From the IMG/VR virus record IMGVR_UViG_3300028797_000006, positions 54,403 to 118,402 of that record: a stretch of DNA of 64,000 nt, one strand, 5' to 3'. This DNA comes from a virus (lineage: Duplodnaviria; Caudoviricetes). The position numbers were made by a program, and so were the translations under genes. Positions 24,257 to 35,133 of the stretch are shown here, piece by piece; position 1 is the first letter of the stretch; each line of letters starts with the position of its first letter. The notes under the pieces are model-generated. The model was not told the DNA's origin, ran no database searches, and was given only the letters and a program-made list of their open reading frames with translations.

Positions 24257-26872
24257 ATGATCGAAGATTTAACTAATACTGAATGATTGATTAAAAGTAA
24301 TGCTACAATAGTAGAAACAACTGTAAGTTATGCAATTAATTTTGAAAGCAATAAAGAAGATTATTCTAGTATAACTTTTCTTCTTGGCGGAAATAATATA
24401 CATTTCTTACAATATGATCAAAAAGATGTAGCCTTTACTAACAATAGTTATTATGTTTTTCCTCCTGTCAATCAAGATTATCGTTTAATTAAAATTACTG
24501 GCGGCGAGGATGCAGTTAATATAAATTTAATTATTTGATTAACTACAAATGCAAAAAGAGTCCACAGTTATGATTTATTAGATAATAATATCGTAAGAGA
24601 AGATAAAAAGACTTCTTATTTAGTTGGTGTAAATGAATATAATGAAGTTGACACATCTCTTTATACAAAAGTTACATATACACCAAAATGACCATATATT
24701 ATTTTTGAAAGTAAAACTAGTTTTACTTTAGAAGTTTATGATCATATTAAACATTGAGATGGTATTTTAGAGTATTCTACAGATAGAAAACACTGGAATA
24801 CTTGAAGTGGCACAACTATTAGTTCTGCTTATAATAATATTAAAGAAAAACAATGTATTTTTGTTCGTGGATTGAATAATACAGTTATTACAGGATATTC
24901 AGGAGAATATAGATGAGTTTTAGATGGTTCACAAATAGAATGTCATGGTAATATCGAGGCTTTATTAGATTATAGAAAGATGCAATTATCTCATCCAATA
25001 ATTGGGGATTATTGTTATGCTTGTATGTTCTACAGATGTACAAGTCTTACAACAGCCCCAGAACTTCCAGCTGAAACTTTAGCTAATTATTGTTATGAAT
25101 CTATGTTTAGAGGATGTACAAGTCTTACAACAGCCCCAGAACTTCCAGCTGAAACTTTAGCTAATTATTGTTATGAATCTATGTTTAGAGAATGTACAAG
25201 CCTTACAACAGCCCCAGCATTACCAGCTGAAACTTTAACACAACTTTGTTATGAACATATGTTCCAGGGGTGTACAAGTCTTACATCAGCTCCAGAGTTA
25301 CCGGCTGAAACTTTAGCCGACAACTGCTATGAATATATGTTTGCAGGATGCACAAGTCTTACATCAGCTCCAGAATTACCTGTTGAAACTTTAGCTAACA
25401 ATTGTTATCGCGGTATGTTTAGTGGTTGTATAAAACTTGAAGAAGCACCAGAACTACCTGCTAGAAGAATAAATGATTATAGCTATGCTTTTATGTTTGA
25501 AGGATGTACTAATCTTGTAGAGGCACCAGAATTGCTTGCTACAGTTGTAGGGAGTAACAGTTATGAAGGTATGTTTAAGGGATGTACAAGTCTTACAATG
25601 GCTCCAGAATTATCAGCTGAAACTTTAGCCGCTTATTGTTATAGTCGTATGTTTGAAAATTGTACGAGCCTCATATCTGCTCCAGAATTATCAGCTGAAA
25701 CTTTAGCTAACAATTGTTATCAATATATGTTTGCAGGATGTACAAGTCTTACATCAGCTCCAGAGTTACCAACTGAAACTTTAGTTAACGCTTGCTATCA
25801 ATATATGTTTCAAGGATGTACAAGTCTTACTACAATTCCAACATTACCTGCTGAAACTTTGGCTACTTATTGCTATAATTATATGTTTAATAAATGTACA
25901 AGTCTCGTGTCGGTTCCAACTTTACCGACTGAAACTCTAGCTCAAGGTTGTTATCGAGGTATGTTTAATAAATGTACAGGTCTTATACTGCCCCCAACTC
26001 TACCAATCGAAACTTTAGCTAACAATTGTTATCAATATATGTTTGAAGGATGTACAAGTCTTACATCAGCTCCTGCTTTACCTGCTGAAACTTTAGCAGA
26101 TTATTGTTATGAATCTATGTTTAGGGGATGTACAAGTCTTACATCAGCTCCAGAGTTACCAGCTGAAACTTTAGCTAAATATTGTTATGCACATATGTTT
26201 GCAGGATGTACAAGTCTTACAATAGTTTCAACCTTACCTGCTGAAACTTTAGTTCAATATTGTTATCAATATATGTTTAGTGGATGTACAAGTCTTGCAA
26301 CGGCTCCTGTTTTACCTGCTGAAACTTTAGCTTACAATTGTTATGAATCTATGTTTGAAGGATGTACAAGTCTTACATCAGCTCCTGCTTTACCTGCTGA
26401 AACTTTAGCCGCTTATTGTTATGAATCTATGTTTAGTGGATGTACAAGTCTTACAACTGCTCCAGAGCTTCCGGCTGAAACTTTAGCTAATTACTGTTAT
26501 CAATATATGTTTCAAAGATGTACAAGTCTTACATCAGCTCCTGAATTACCAGCTGAAACTTTAGCTAATTACTGTTATCAATATATGTTTCAAGAATGTA
26601 CAAGCCTTATAAAACTACCTTATTTACGATGCAAGAACTTGACAGCTGGTTGCTATGGATATATGTTTCAAAAGTGTCATTCACTTCAACTTATTCAGTC
26701 GATAGCGCCAAGGGGTCAATACATATATCCTTATAGTATCCCACCTACTAGAGACGGCACTAGTAGCCAATCATCTGCATTAAGAGGTATGTTTGACTAT
26801 ACTGGAGGTATTTTTGTGGGTACGCCAGTAATTAATGAGCAATATTATACAAATAATGAACCAATTGGTTAG
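24257..26872 (+). CDS. BspA-like leucine-rich-repeat protein (~871 aa; N-terminus TGA=Trp)
   Basis: More than 20 tandem 26-aa repeats CTSLTSAPELPAETLANYCYxxMFxG. Confidence 0.85.
25000..26690 (+). repeat. 78-bp coding tandem repeat
   Basis: tgtacaagtcttaca...gctgaaactttagc...tgttat...atgttt repeated. Confidence 0.9.
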
Positions 26873-26886
26873 AATAGGAGTCTAAT

Positions 26887-27108
26887 ATGAACAAAATTAT
26901 CGCACAAAATGTCTCAAACAAAATCTTCAATGAACCAACTGACTTTGAAAGATGTAACATTACAAACTGCACCTTTAACGCAGAGTGTTATTGTGACAGA
27001 TGCAACATCATTAATTGCACTAACACATATAACTGCATCTGTGAAAAAAGCAATATCATCAATGAAGATGAAGAAGAGAGACCAGAAGAAGAAATTATTG
27101 AAGCTTAA
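26887..27108 (+). CDS. small Cys/Asn-rich protein
   Basis: RBS; CNITNC/CNIINC repeats; terminator after. Confidence 0.6.
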   Translation: MNKIIAQNVSNKIFNEPTDFERCNITNCTFNAECYCDRCNIINCTNTYNCICEKSNIINEDEEERPEEEIIEA

Positions 27109-27233
27109 AAAAGAACCCAATGAGGTTCTTTTTAAATGGACTCGCTAAAGGGATAATGCGGTTTTTGAAGCTCTATGACCTTCTTGAAGCCGCACCTTTG
27201 TTGTTTACGTAGTAAACAAAAAAGGGAGCATCT

Positions 27234-27491
27234 TTAGATGCTCTCTTTCTTTTTCTCCCAAGGCTCTTCGCCTTGAATTGTTTTAATTATATCTTCTGCG
27301 ACCCAGTCGGCCAAGAACCATTTTACCTTGACCTCAAAGTCATCAAATTCTCTAGCCCAATGTTCTTTGAGCTTATCTATTTTTTCTCTTGGGATATTGT
27401 GCTTAGTCATCAATTCGTCCAAGCTATCAAAATCAATCTCAAGAGTTGCGTGCACAATTTGTCGTGTTTCTAGAGTTTTTATATTTTCCAT
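27234..27491 (-). CDS. hypothetical protein
   Basis: ORF with RBS. Confidence 0.65.
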   Translation of the reverse strand: MENIKTLETRQIVHATLEIDFDSLDELMTKHNIPREKIDKLKEHWAREFDDFEVKVKWFLADWVAEDIIKTIQGEEPWEKKKESI

Positions 27492-27641
27492 TTAGTGCAC
27501 TCCTTAAAGCATATGTCTGGACGGAACTTTATATAAGCTAATTCTTACTACATCATTCTGTTCTGCAGGCTTATCAAAAGTAACTCTTGCAGTACGCTTA
27601 ATATGTTTAGCTTTCCTTTTTATAAGTTTTATCCTGTTCAT

Positions 27642-27920
27642 CTAGCGTACCTCATATTCTCTAACGTAGGCGTATTCTTCTACATTAAGTTCATCATCAA
27701 TTTCGTCTTTTCTAGCTACTGCGCGATCATAGTCCGCATAGACAGAATCAAGACGAGTAGAGGTGACTTTAGTTTCATAATAATCATCATAGCCGTCATC
27801 TTCATCCCAGCAAAGATCGTTAGATACTCTTTCTATTGTATCAACTAATACACAATAGACAACACGTTTAAGTTGACCGCCATTATAAGTGATAGTATCT
27901 TTTATATTGACGGTGCCCAT
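27642..27920 (-). CDS. hypothetical protein
   Basis: Coupled to upstream ORF. Confidence 0.65.
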   Translation of the reverse strand: MGTVNIKDTITYNGGQLKRVVYCVLVDTIERVSNDLCWDEDDGYDDYYETKVTSTRLDSVYADYDRAVARKDEIDDELNVEEYAYVREYEVR

Positions 27921-28180
27921 TAATCTAATATCTCCTCTACTGTTTGTTTAAGAAGATTTTTATGATAGCAATAATGCCATCCGCCGCCTGGAATCATATC
28001 ACCTGGATTATGGATGCCAGATACATAATAGCGGCCGTAAGTATCGTCAAGAGAAGCAAAGGTTCTAGCGATGAACTTAGCTGCCTTGAACTCATTACAG
28101 ATACAAAGAGTATGGACTTTATCGTTCACAATCTCGTATACCTGATATTGCGCAAATTCTTCTACTTCATACTTATACAT
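27920..28180 (-). CDS. hypothetical protein
   Basis: ORF with RBS. Confidence 0.65.
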   Translation of the reverse strand: MYKYEVEEFAQYQVYEIVNDKVHTLCICNEFKAAKFIARTFASLDDTYGRYYVSGIHNPGDMIPGGGWHYCYHKNLLKQTVEEILD

Positions 28181-28181
28181 A

Positions 28182-28403
28182 TTAAATACTCCTTACTATA
28201 TCCCAGCAAGCGTGGATTCCCAATAAAAATATTGGACCCAAGAATATATAAGTTGTTAATACAAATAAACACCAAGGACTAAAGAAAATAGCAAAGGTAA
28301 TTGCCACAGCTAATGGAGCTAATGATATTAGTATCATAAGAGCTAATAATAAACAATAACAATATTTTTCTAAAGCGGTTTCAAATTTCATTTTTATTTT
28401 CAT
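28182..28403 (-). CDS. small membrane protein
   Basis: Two hydrophobic segments. Confidence 0.6.
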   Translation of the reverse strand: MKIKMKFETALEKYCYCLLLALMILISLAPLAVAITFAIFFSPWCLFVLTTYIFLGPIFLLGIHACWDIVRSI

Positions 28404-28413
28404 ATTAGTCTCC

Positions 28414-28656
28414 TTAAGCTACATCACAAATTAAATCAACTACATCTATCGGATCGTCGATTTCACCATGATAATACATATTAAGTATGTCATTAATTTT
28501 TTCTAATTTCTTTTTATTCTCTTCCGCCTTTTTAAGATATGTTTCCATAAAGACTCTAAATTCTGCATCTTTAGGTGCTTTTAATTCATCCATAAATAGA
28601 CTAAAGGCTTCTAATGGTTTTAACATTTTACCCATAATTATCTCCTTATAAGTCAT
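28414..28656 (-). CDS. hypothetical protein
   Basis: ORF downstream of ligase. Confidence 0.6.
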   Translation of the reverse strand: MTYKEIIMGKMLKPLEAFSLFMDELKAPKDAEFRVFMETYLKKAEENKKKLEKINDILNMYYHGEIDDPIDVVDLICDVA

Positions 28657-29758
28657 TTCTTAATCTAACCACGTAAGGATGGCGAAGTCTGCCCAAATCG
28701 TTCGTTTGCATTGCCTTGACGACTGCATATAATTCGCCATGCTCAATCATCTCTTGCGCTTCGGCTGTTGCAAGCCATTCTCTATCTTCATCAGTTAGAC
28801 CGCTTGTAACGTCACAAGTTGTATTATTATATTCGACTGTGATGCCGTTCGCCCAATGATAGAAGTAAGGCTTAGTCACAGGATAACCTGGTATAGTTTT
28901 TCTATCGACATCTGGTTTAATTTCCACTAGCTCATTAATCTCGTATAATTCGCCTGTTTCTGGATCTTCACTATTTTCACCAGTAAAGATTTCCCAATAA
29001 GGCCATGTATCTTCGCAATCACCTTCATACCATTTCTTTGGTGGTAAAGCAGCGATTACTTTTAATTCCATTTCAGGAAGTGATTGCTTAAGCTTTAATG
29101 TTTTCCAAGCTGTTCTGGTGCCTGGCATATATGGATTGTCTTTTCTTTGAATGACTAATCCCTCTCCACCTAAACCAATTATCTCATCGGCTGCCTCCGC
29201 GAAGTCAATGCCATTATAGAGGATAGGTGTTCTCTTAAAATATTCTGCCTCATAATCTTGCGGGACTAAACCTGTGACTTCCTCCGCATATTCGCAAATA
29301 CGCTTTTCATAAGGTGTATTGGTTAGGTCTGTACCCGCGAACATTAATATATCAAATACAAAGGCATAAAGAGGATTATTCTTTTGTCTTTCTATTGCCT
29401 TTTCTGGTAAGCATCTAAGGATTGTGCCGACTGTATTCGCATTAGTGCCGCGTTCTTTAAAACATAGCTCTGCGAGAACTACTGTGTTATCTGGCCAGTT
29501 ATCCATTTCCGCTACAAGATGCGGAACTTTGGCTGTATAGTCTCCGTAGACACCAGTCACTTTACTGATACTGCGGCTACGAATTAAGTTTTTTCCTTTT
29601 GTATAATGGATGCACATTGACCAATCGCCATCGCGCTTTTCGGTCGCAATATAAAGGTTGTCTTTGTCTTCGATCATTTCTCTTCTTTTTGGACAATCAT
29701 TTTCATTATTATAGTACTTCATTGGCTCCATCATTGCGAAGTCATCTATTGTTCTCAT
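28646..29758 (-). CDS. ATP-dependent DNA ligase
   Basis: EKRDG, LAEL, FVFDIL, EGLVI, LKLK, LRHP motifs. Confidence 0.9.
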   Translation of the reverse strand: MRTIDDFAMMEPMKYYNNENDCPKRREMIEDKDNLYIATEKRDGDWSMCIHYTKGKNLIRSRSISKVTGVYGDYTAKVPHLVAEMDNWPDNTVVLAELCFKERGTNANTVGTILRCLPEKAIERQKNNPLYAFVFDILMFAGTDLTNTPYEKRICEYAEEVTGLVPQDYEAEYFKRTPILYNGIDFAEAADEIIGLGGEGLVIQRKDNPYMPGTRTAWKTLKLKQSLPEMELKVIAALPPKKWYEGDCEDTWPYWEIFTGENSEDPETGELYEINELVEIKPDVDRKTIPGYPVTKPYFYHWANGITVEYNNTTCDVTSGLTDEDREWLATAEAQEMIEHGELYAVVKAMQTNDLGRLRHPYVVRLRNDL

Positions 29759-29842
29759 ATTTTTATTCCTTTTTAATCTATATTATTATAGTAGACTTAT
29801 ATGGCTTAAGCAAGAAAAAAGAGAGTAAAGCCTCTCTTTTAT

Positions 29843-30328
29843 TTATTCTTCTGCATGTTTAATCTTATGAACAATAGGTTCAGAGAAGCCATTACCCATA
29901 ACAATAATTGTTTCTGAGCTCCAATCATCTCTAATTTTTAAGATTCCTTCACGTGCACCCAATTCCACAAGTGCATTAGTAAACCATTTAATAATATGAT
30001 TGACTTCAGTTTCTCCGCCATAATCACGAAGATCCCCTTCAATTGCGATTAAAGAACCTTCTCCAAGGACATTTTCATTCGCCTCAGAAGTATCTACAAA
30101 ATACCATTCAAGACTTCCTTCACTGCCCATAGGAATTCCGCAACCTTTTTCATTATCATCAAAAGCTTTACACCAGACATTTTGATGGAAATCTTCCCAT
30201 TCAGGTGAACGATACTTAAATTGTAGTCCGTCTTTCCAAAGGATAGGTTTACCCAAAATCTTTTCAAGTTCTTCTGGTTTTCTATATGAATATTGTATTG
30301 TTCCTATAGCGTGTGTCCATTGACTCAT
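29843..30328 (-). CDS. hypothetical phage protein
   Basis: MSQWTH..PMGSEGSL..GDLRD. Confidence 0.7.
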   Translation of the reverse strand: MSQWTHAIGTIQYSYRKPEELEKILGKPILWKDGLQFKYRSPEWEDFHQNVWCKAFDDNEKGCGIPMGSEGSLEWYFVDTSEANENVLGEGSLIAIEGDLRDYGGETEVNHIIKWFTNALVELGAREGILKIRDDWSSETIIVMGNGFSEPIVHKIKHAEE

Positions 30329-30330
30329 AG

Positions 30331-30624
30331 TTAGTTCTCCTTATAATAACTTTCTAAAGCGCACATAATATTGTAAAGATTTAATACAATTTTTCTATTT
30401 GTTTCACTTAAAGGTACGCCGTCGCAGTCTACACCAGAATCAAGTTCTTTTTTATATTCTGCTATTCTCCATTCGATACCTTTTTTAAGTTCTTCAAAGG
30501 CTTTAAGTGATTTTTCAATAGTATCTAAGTTAGTTAAATCTATAATACTTCCATATGTAGTATTACCTTCTACTTTAATTAATTTGGCTTTAATCTTATA
30601 AAAAGCTTCTAATTCTTTATTCAT
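30331..30624 (-). CDS. hypothetical protein
   Basis: ORF in operon. Confidence 0.65.
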   Translation of the reverse strand: MNKELEAFYKIKAKLIKVEGNTTYGSIIDLTNLDTIEKSLKAFEELKKGIEWRIAEYKKELDSGVDCDGVPLSETNRKIVLNLYNIMCALESYYKEN

Positions 30625-31066
30625 ATTTCTTTAACTCTTCCATAAGGTCATTATAATAGTAATCATCTGTGTCTAATAACCCGGCAATCAAAAAGCCTGT
30701 GCCAAACCATTCTTTATTCTTTGTTCGTAAGAAATAACATTCAGTAGGTTCATCACCTTTTTCATAACGATAAGTGCTGCCATCTTTATTGACCATAGTA
30801 GCTTTATAAATAATATGTTGTTCAGGAGCATATAACCAATAACAGCTATCTATCTCATATGCTAAATCCTCAAGAAGTTCTTCATCAACTTCTTCATTAT
30901 CTAGGTCGATAGCTTTATCAATGCGCCAATAATCTAAACGACTTAAGCGGATTTTTCCGTCATCAAAACATTTATAAATTTTGCCGACTTCTGGTGCTGG
31001 TGAATCGTGTCCTTCACCACAGTTAATTACTACAACACCACCATCATTCTTTTGTTTGAATTTCAT
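30617..31066 (-). CDS. hypothetical protein
   Basis: ORF with promoter and RBS. Confidence 0.7.
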   Translation of the reverse strand: MKFKQKNDGGVVVINCGEGHDSPAPEVGKIYKCFDDGKIRLSRLDYWRIDKAIDLDNEEVDEELLEDLAYEIDSCYWLYAPEQHIIYKATMVNKDGSTYRYEKGDEPTECYFLRTKNKEWFGTGFLIAGLLDTDDYYYNDLMEELKKYE

Positions 31067-31155
31067 AATCTTATATCCTTTTTAATCTATATTAGTATAG
31101 CAGACTTTTTAGATTAAGGCAAGTAAAAAGCCCTTTTTAAGGGCTTATTTATTGA

Positions 31156-32343
31156 TTACTTATATTGTGCGCCTCAAACTACGAATCGTTTTGCAGAAGA
31201 GCCAGTGAATGTAATTGTTGTTTCTTCACTAATAGATAATGTTATCTCTTGTAAGTAATTATCTGCGCTTCCATTTAAAGTGAAAGGATTATTATTAGCT
31301 ATACCGGAATCTGAAGTAAGAGCGATAGCTTCATGAGTAATACCGCTAATATTGAGTGAAAGGCTATTTACTCCATTCCAAGCAGCAGCATAGAATTTTA
31401 GTTCAGTTGCAGTTCCAGGAACTGTTATTGACATTGCGCCGCCTTTTTTAGAGGTGCCCACCTTAATGCCATTAATACCATTTACAGTACAAGAAGTGCC
31501 TTCTGTTACACCAGTCATAGTCGCATCTTGCCAAGAACCAGTAGACTCTTTCCAATGAGCTGTAAGTGTTATATCTTCAGTAATTGTCAATGGAAATGAG
31601 ACCTCTGTTTCTCCAATATACCAAGCATCAAATTCTTTTCCGGTTGGAGCAGTAAATTCAGAGTGAGTAGGAGTTGTAATTTGTTCATTTTCAATTACTC
31701 TTATTGAATCTTTTGTTCCTGACCCCTCGCCGGCGCTGAATGATACTGTATATTTAATTACAGGTGCTGGCTTATTATAGGCAAAGTTTTCTAATTGTGT
31801 ACTTCTATCCTCATCAGTCCAGTTACATCTTGATTCCGCAGCACCAAATTCATCTTGTGTATAAAAATAAATTGGTCCATAAGAATCTCCAACATTACCA
31901 GAATATGCTCTGCCATAATCATTTGAGAAGCTATATAATAATGTTCTTGAGCCTTCATGTTGTTTTAATAATCCACTTGATAAATCTCAAGTTGAACTAG
32001 TGTTTTTTAAGGCAGTATCAGAAGTACCTTTATAACCTAAATTATATGAACCGCGTTGAATAGTAACTGTTGTATTAGTAGTAAAAGTAACTGTAAATAG
32101 TGCTTCTGATGGGTCATTGGTTGTTTCCATTTTATCTCCACCAGTATAGGTTAAGTAATGTTCTTCATCATCAATAAGTGTGCGGCAATAAAATTCATTT
32201 ACATAATCACTACTTGTCGCAACATAATCTCTAGTTAATGCCAATGTATGAAACTCTGGCTTAGCTATAAATACTGTCGTAAGCGCGGTAATAGACACAC
32301 TAACGACAGAAAGTAAAGTTCATTTTTTATTAGTTGTAGTCAT
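31156..32343 (-). CDS. secreted or membrane-anchored protein with InlB B-repeat (TGA=Trp, ~395 aa)
   Basis: Signal-like MTTTNKK(W)TLLSVVSV; YTVSF..APTGKEFDAWY..EDITLTAHW. Confidence 0.7.
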
Positions 32344-32453
32344 ATCTTTTTACCTCATCTTATAACTATAACAAGTGAGACCGTAAAAGACAAATTTACT
32401 CTAAATCTCTATAAATAAGTCCGTATAAATCTAATTTGATTTAAAATTTGAAT

Positions 32454-32822
32454 CTATTTAGATTCAGTTTCATAAAGTTGATAACTATATCTTATACCAT
32501 TCTTTAAGGCTTCAAACTCTTCTTCATTCAAAAGAACGCGAGTAAAGTTAAGCCAATGATTTTTATAAAAGAAGTAATCAAAAGAACCTTTTATAAAAGT
32601 ATTATAAAATGTTATCATTTCCGGCATAGCTCTATCGAGCAAATCGAGATATTGTGTCGCAGGAACTAGGTCATCAAGGTAGTCCAACATCTCGTAAACA
32701 TCTTTACAATCCATTGGTCCACCATCAGGTCCTTCATTATATTCATCAATAGCATACTTGATATTCTGCGCATTTAAGCAAAGTGTATGCTCTAGTTTTT
32801 CAAACTTTTGTTCATTATTCAT
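32454..32822 (-). CDS. hypothetical protein
   Basis: ORF in operon. Confidence 0.65.
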   Translation of the reverse strand: MNNEQKFEKLEHTLCLNAQNIKYAIDEYNEGPDGGPMDCKDVYEMLDYLDDLVPATQYLDLLDRAMPEMITFYNTFIKGSFDYFFYKNHWLNFTRVLLNEEEFEALKNGIRYSYQLYETESK

Positions 32823-33054
32823 CTAATAAATCTCCTCTCACTACATAGCGAGGATAAATACCGTTTTTATGTAAAACATCATAATAACTTTCTTCTACGG
32901 CTAATATTCCTACCTTCGTAAGAAAATCTAATGTATAACTAACTGCATAATCCGGTACGCGGATTAATTCTACAGTATGTGTTACCATCATAGTTGGATG
33001 TTTAATATATGGCTCGATGTTATAGTGACATTGTAAATTAAAAGGTTGTTTCAT
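32815..33054 (-). CDS. hypothetical protein
   Basis: Overlapping stop/start. Confidence 0.6.
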   Translation of the reverse strand: MKQPFNLQCHYNIEPYIKHPTMMVTHTVELIRVPDYAVSYTLDFLTKVGILAVEESYYDVLHKNGIYPRYVVRGDLLDE

Positions 33055-33359
33055 TATTTAAATACCTTTCTGGAGTCCTCTAATCTTTTTTCGTTCTTCT
33101 CTATGGCTTCTTTAGAAGGAGGTGTTAATGCTTCTCTTAAAGCATCCGATTCATTTTTTTCTTCTATTTCTGCCAAATCCCAAACGGCTTCTTGTAGACA
33201 TTGTGCCGCATGAGATACTTTAACAGCATCTTCTTTCTTTTCTAAGGCTTCTTGTAAAAATTCAAGCTCTAATTCTATTTCATCTAATTGTTTAATTCTT
33301 TTTCTAAGAAAGTTTTGTCTTTGAGCTTTATTTAATTGTTTAATTTTTTCTGCAATCAT
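33054..33359 (-). CDS. hypothetical coiled-coil protein
   Basis: Start MIAEK just after upstream TAA. Confidence 0.6.
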   Translation of the reverse strand: MIAEKIKQLNKAQRQNFLRKRIKQLDEIELELEFLQEALEKKEDAVKVSHAAQCLQEAVWDLAEIEEKNESDALREALTPPSKEAIEKNEKRLEDSRKVFK

Positions 33360-33360
33360 A

Positions 33361-33528
33361 TTATTTCTTTCCGTTAAATTTATCAATCATTTTTTGTATT
33401 TCACGCTCTTTTTTATATTCTTTGATATCGTCAATCATTATCCAAATTAACATACCTACTTCCGCACCAGCAATAAGTATTAAAAGAACTGCCATTATAA
33501 TAAGTATAACAATTAAAAATTTAACCAT
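33361..33528 (-). CDS. small membrane protein
   Basis: MVKFLIVILIIMAVLLILI. Confidence 0.55.
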   Translation of the reverse strand: MVKFLIVILIIMAVLLILIAGAEVGMLIWIMIDDIKEYKKEREIQKMIDKFNGKK

Positions 33529-33861
33529 ACTATTACCCCACTATTATTTTACTAATCGCGCAACAGATACCAGTAACCAATAACATTATTGATCCACTAA
33601 ATAATACCCAACGGATGTTTTCGCGCGAGAAAGTATGTCTAATATCTTCCCAAATTTTTCTGAAGAATGCTTTAATCTTAAATTGAAGTTTAATCATAAA
33701 TTGACTCTCCTGTATCTATGCCCCAAATTGTGCAGAATACTGCAGACAGTAACATGCACAAGAAGGCAATTAAATAAACTACGCCCAACATTGCCCAAGC
33801 TAAAATAATAAAAGGTATAACAATAATTGTAGAAATAACTCTAACAATAACCGCGAAAATT

Positions 33862-34113
33862 TTATCTATCATACCAAAAGTCCTCCAATTCTTCTCTTGT
33901 AGGTGGAAGGCTTGCCGCAGGTATTGTTTCAATAATAGGTGCGACAACATCTCTTGATTTTTCAAGCTCACTTAATTTTGTGTAAGCATCTTGTTCCATC
34001 CATTCGATCACAGCCTTATAATCTGGATCGTGTTCATCTATTGTAATTGCGAAAAGACCGCTACCATAACGTGCGTGCTTTTTCAAAATTTTTGCTATTT
34101 CAATACTATTCAT
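33862..34113 (-). CDS. hypothetical protein
   Basis: ORF with RBS and promoter. Confidence 0.6.
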   Translation of the reverse strand: MNSIEIAKILKKHARYGSGLFAITIDEHDPDYKAVIEWMEQDAYTKLSELEKSRDVVAPIIETIPAASLPPTREELEDFWYDR

Positions 34114-34382
34114 CTTTTTAATCTCCTATTGTATTATAATAAACTATTTGGATTGAGGCAACTAATTCTGGCTTTTCGCCGCACGATTTTTTATTGGAGG
34201 AACGACAATAAAAAAAGAGGTCGATGTTAATCGACCTCTCTGATTTCATCCTTTGGCGCCTTATAGGTCACATTGTCCTTTAGGCGTCTGACTTGCACGG
34301 TAGTAGAATCAATCTCTTTAATTATCTCTACTGTTTTATTAGTTCTAATATCAATATATTTCATTCTACTACCTCCTGGACT

Positions 34383-35114
34383 TTACTCTATGTCCTTATA
34401 AAGTTCGGCTTTCCAGTATTCAGTATGATATTTCATTGGCTTAAATAGCTTGAATATACAGAACTTATCCTGTTCAACCTTTACGTGATTCATTGCGAAG
34501 TAATTGTGGAATGGAACCATATAGCCTACGATGTCGTTATGGTCGTAGAAGTTGTAACACTCTTTTGTGCACTTGCTAAGATATTCTCTCATATCCGGAT
34601 CTTTGCCGGCCCAAGGTTTAACACTACCATAAGTAAATAGGTGTGCTTTAACCCCATAATTGAAGAATAAATCTTGCGCGCACAATTGAGCTATTGCTGA
34701 GCCAAGTGACCAGCCAATAATTTCAACCTCTTTTACGCCAACTTCATCTATTAAAGCCTTATATTCATCTCTAATAAGGTGTTTGAGGGCGCAGTATAGG
34801 TCTACCCATCCACGTGCTGCTTTAAGTTGGATGTCCTTCCCATCAAATTGGAACCTATCATAATAGGTATCTGGGAAGTTAAAGTTCGCCATCCATTGCG
34901 ATTTTGATGATGTCTCTTTGAAATAGATTTGAATTACATCTCTTGCCTTCTCATACCATATCCAGTAGTAAGCATCATGCTTGTGACCATGACGGCAGGT
35001 GTATTCAACCTTCTTATAAGGGATATGCATGCGGGGATATCCGCCGTAGTTCCCATTTGATTGATCGGCAAAGTATTGCTCGAATCTTAGTCTTTTATAT
35101 TCCATAATAAGCAC
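34383..35114 (-). CDS. class 3 lipase / alpha-beta hydrolase
   Basis: IIGWSLGSAIA nucleophile elbow, FTYGS, DIV, C-terminal His. Confidence 0.8.
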   Translation of the reverse strand: MLIMEYKRLRFEQYFADQSNGNYGGYPRMHIPYKKVEYTCRHGHKHDAYYWIWYEKARDVIQIYFKETSSKSQWMANFNFPDTYYDRFQFDGKDIQLKAARGWVDLYCALKHLIRDEYKALIDEVGVKEVEIIGWSLGSAIAQLCAQDLFFNYGVKAHLFTYGSVKPWAGKDPDMREYLSKCTKECYNFYDHNDIVGYMVPFHNYFAMNHVKVEQDKFCIFKLFKPMKYHTEYWKAELYKDIE

Positions 35115-35133
35115 CTCTTTATAGAAGTTTAGC

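Noticed and set aside
126-24980. Pseudogenes or frameshifts suggested by fragmented ORFs
   Set aside because: Fragments are same-frame and separated by TGA; recoding explains them
25000-26690. CRISPR array or DGR
   Set aside because: In-frame 78-bp coding repeats with no unique spacers, and no cas or reverse transcriptase gene in the window
33054-33528. TGA read-through fusion at 33387
   Set aside because: The upstream gene is in another frame and ends at TAA 33361; the downstream gene starts at ATG 33359
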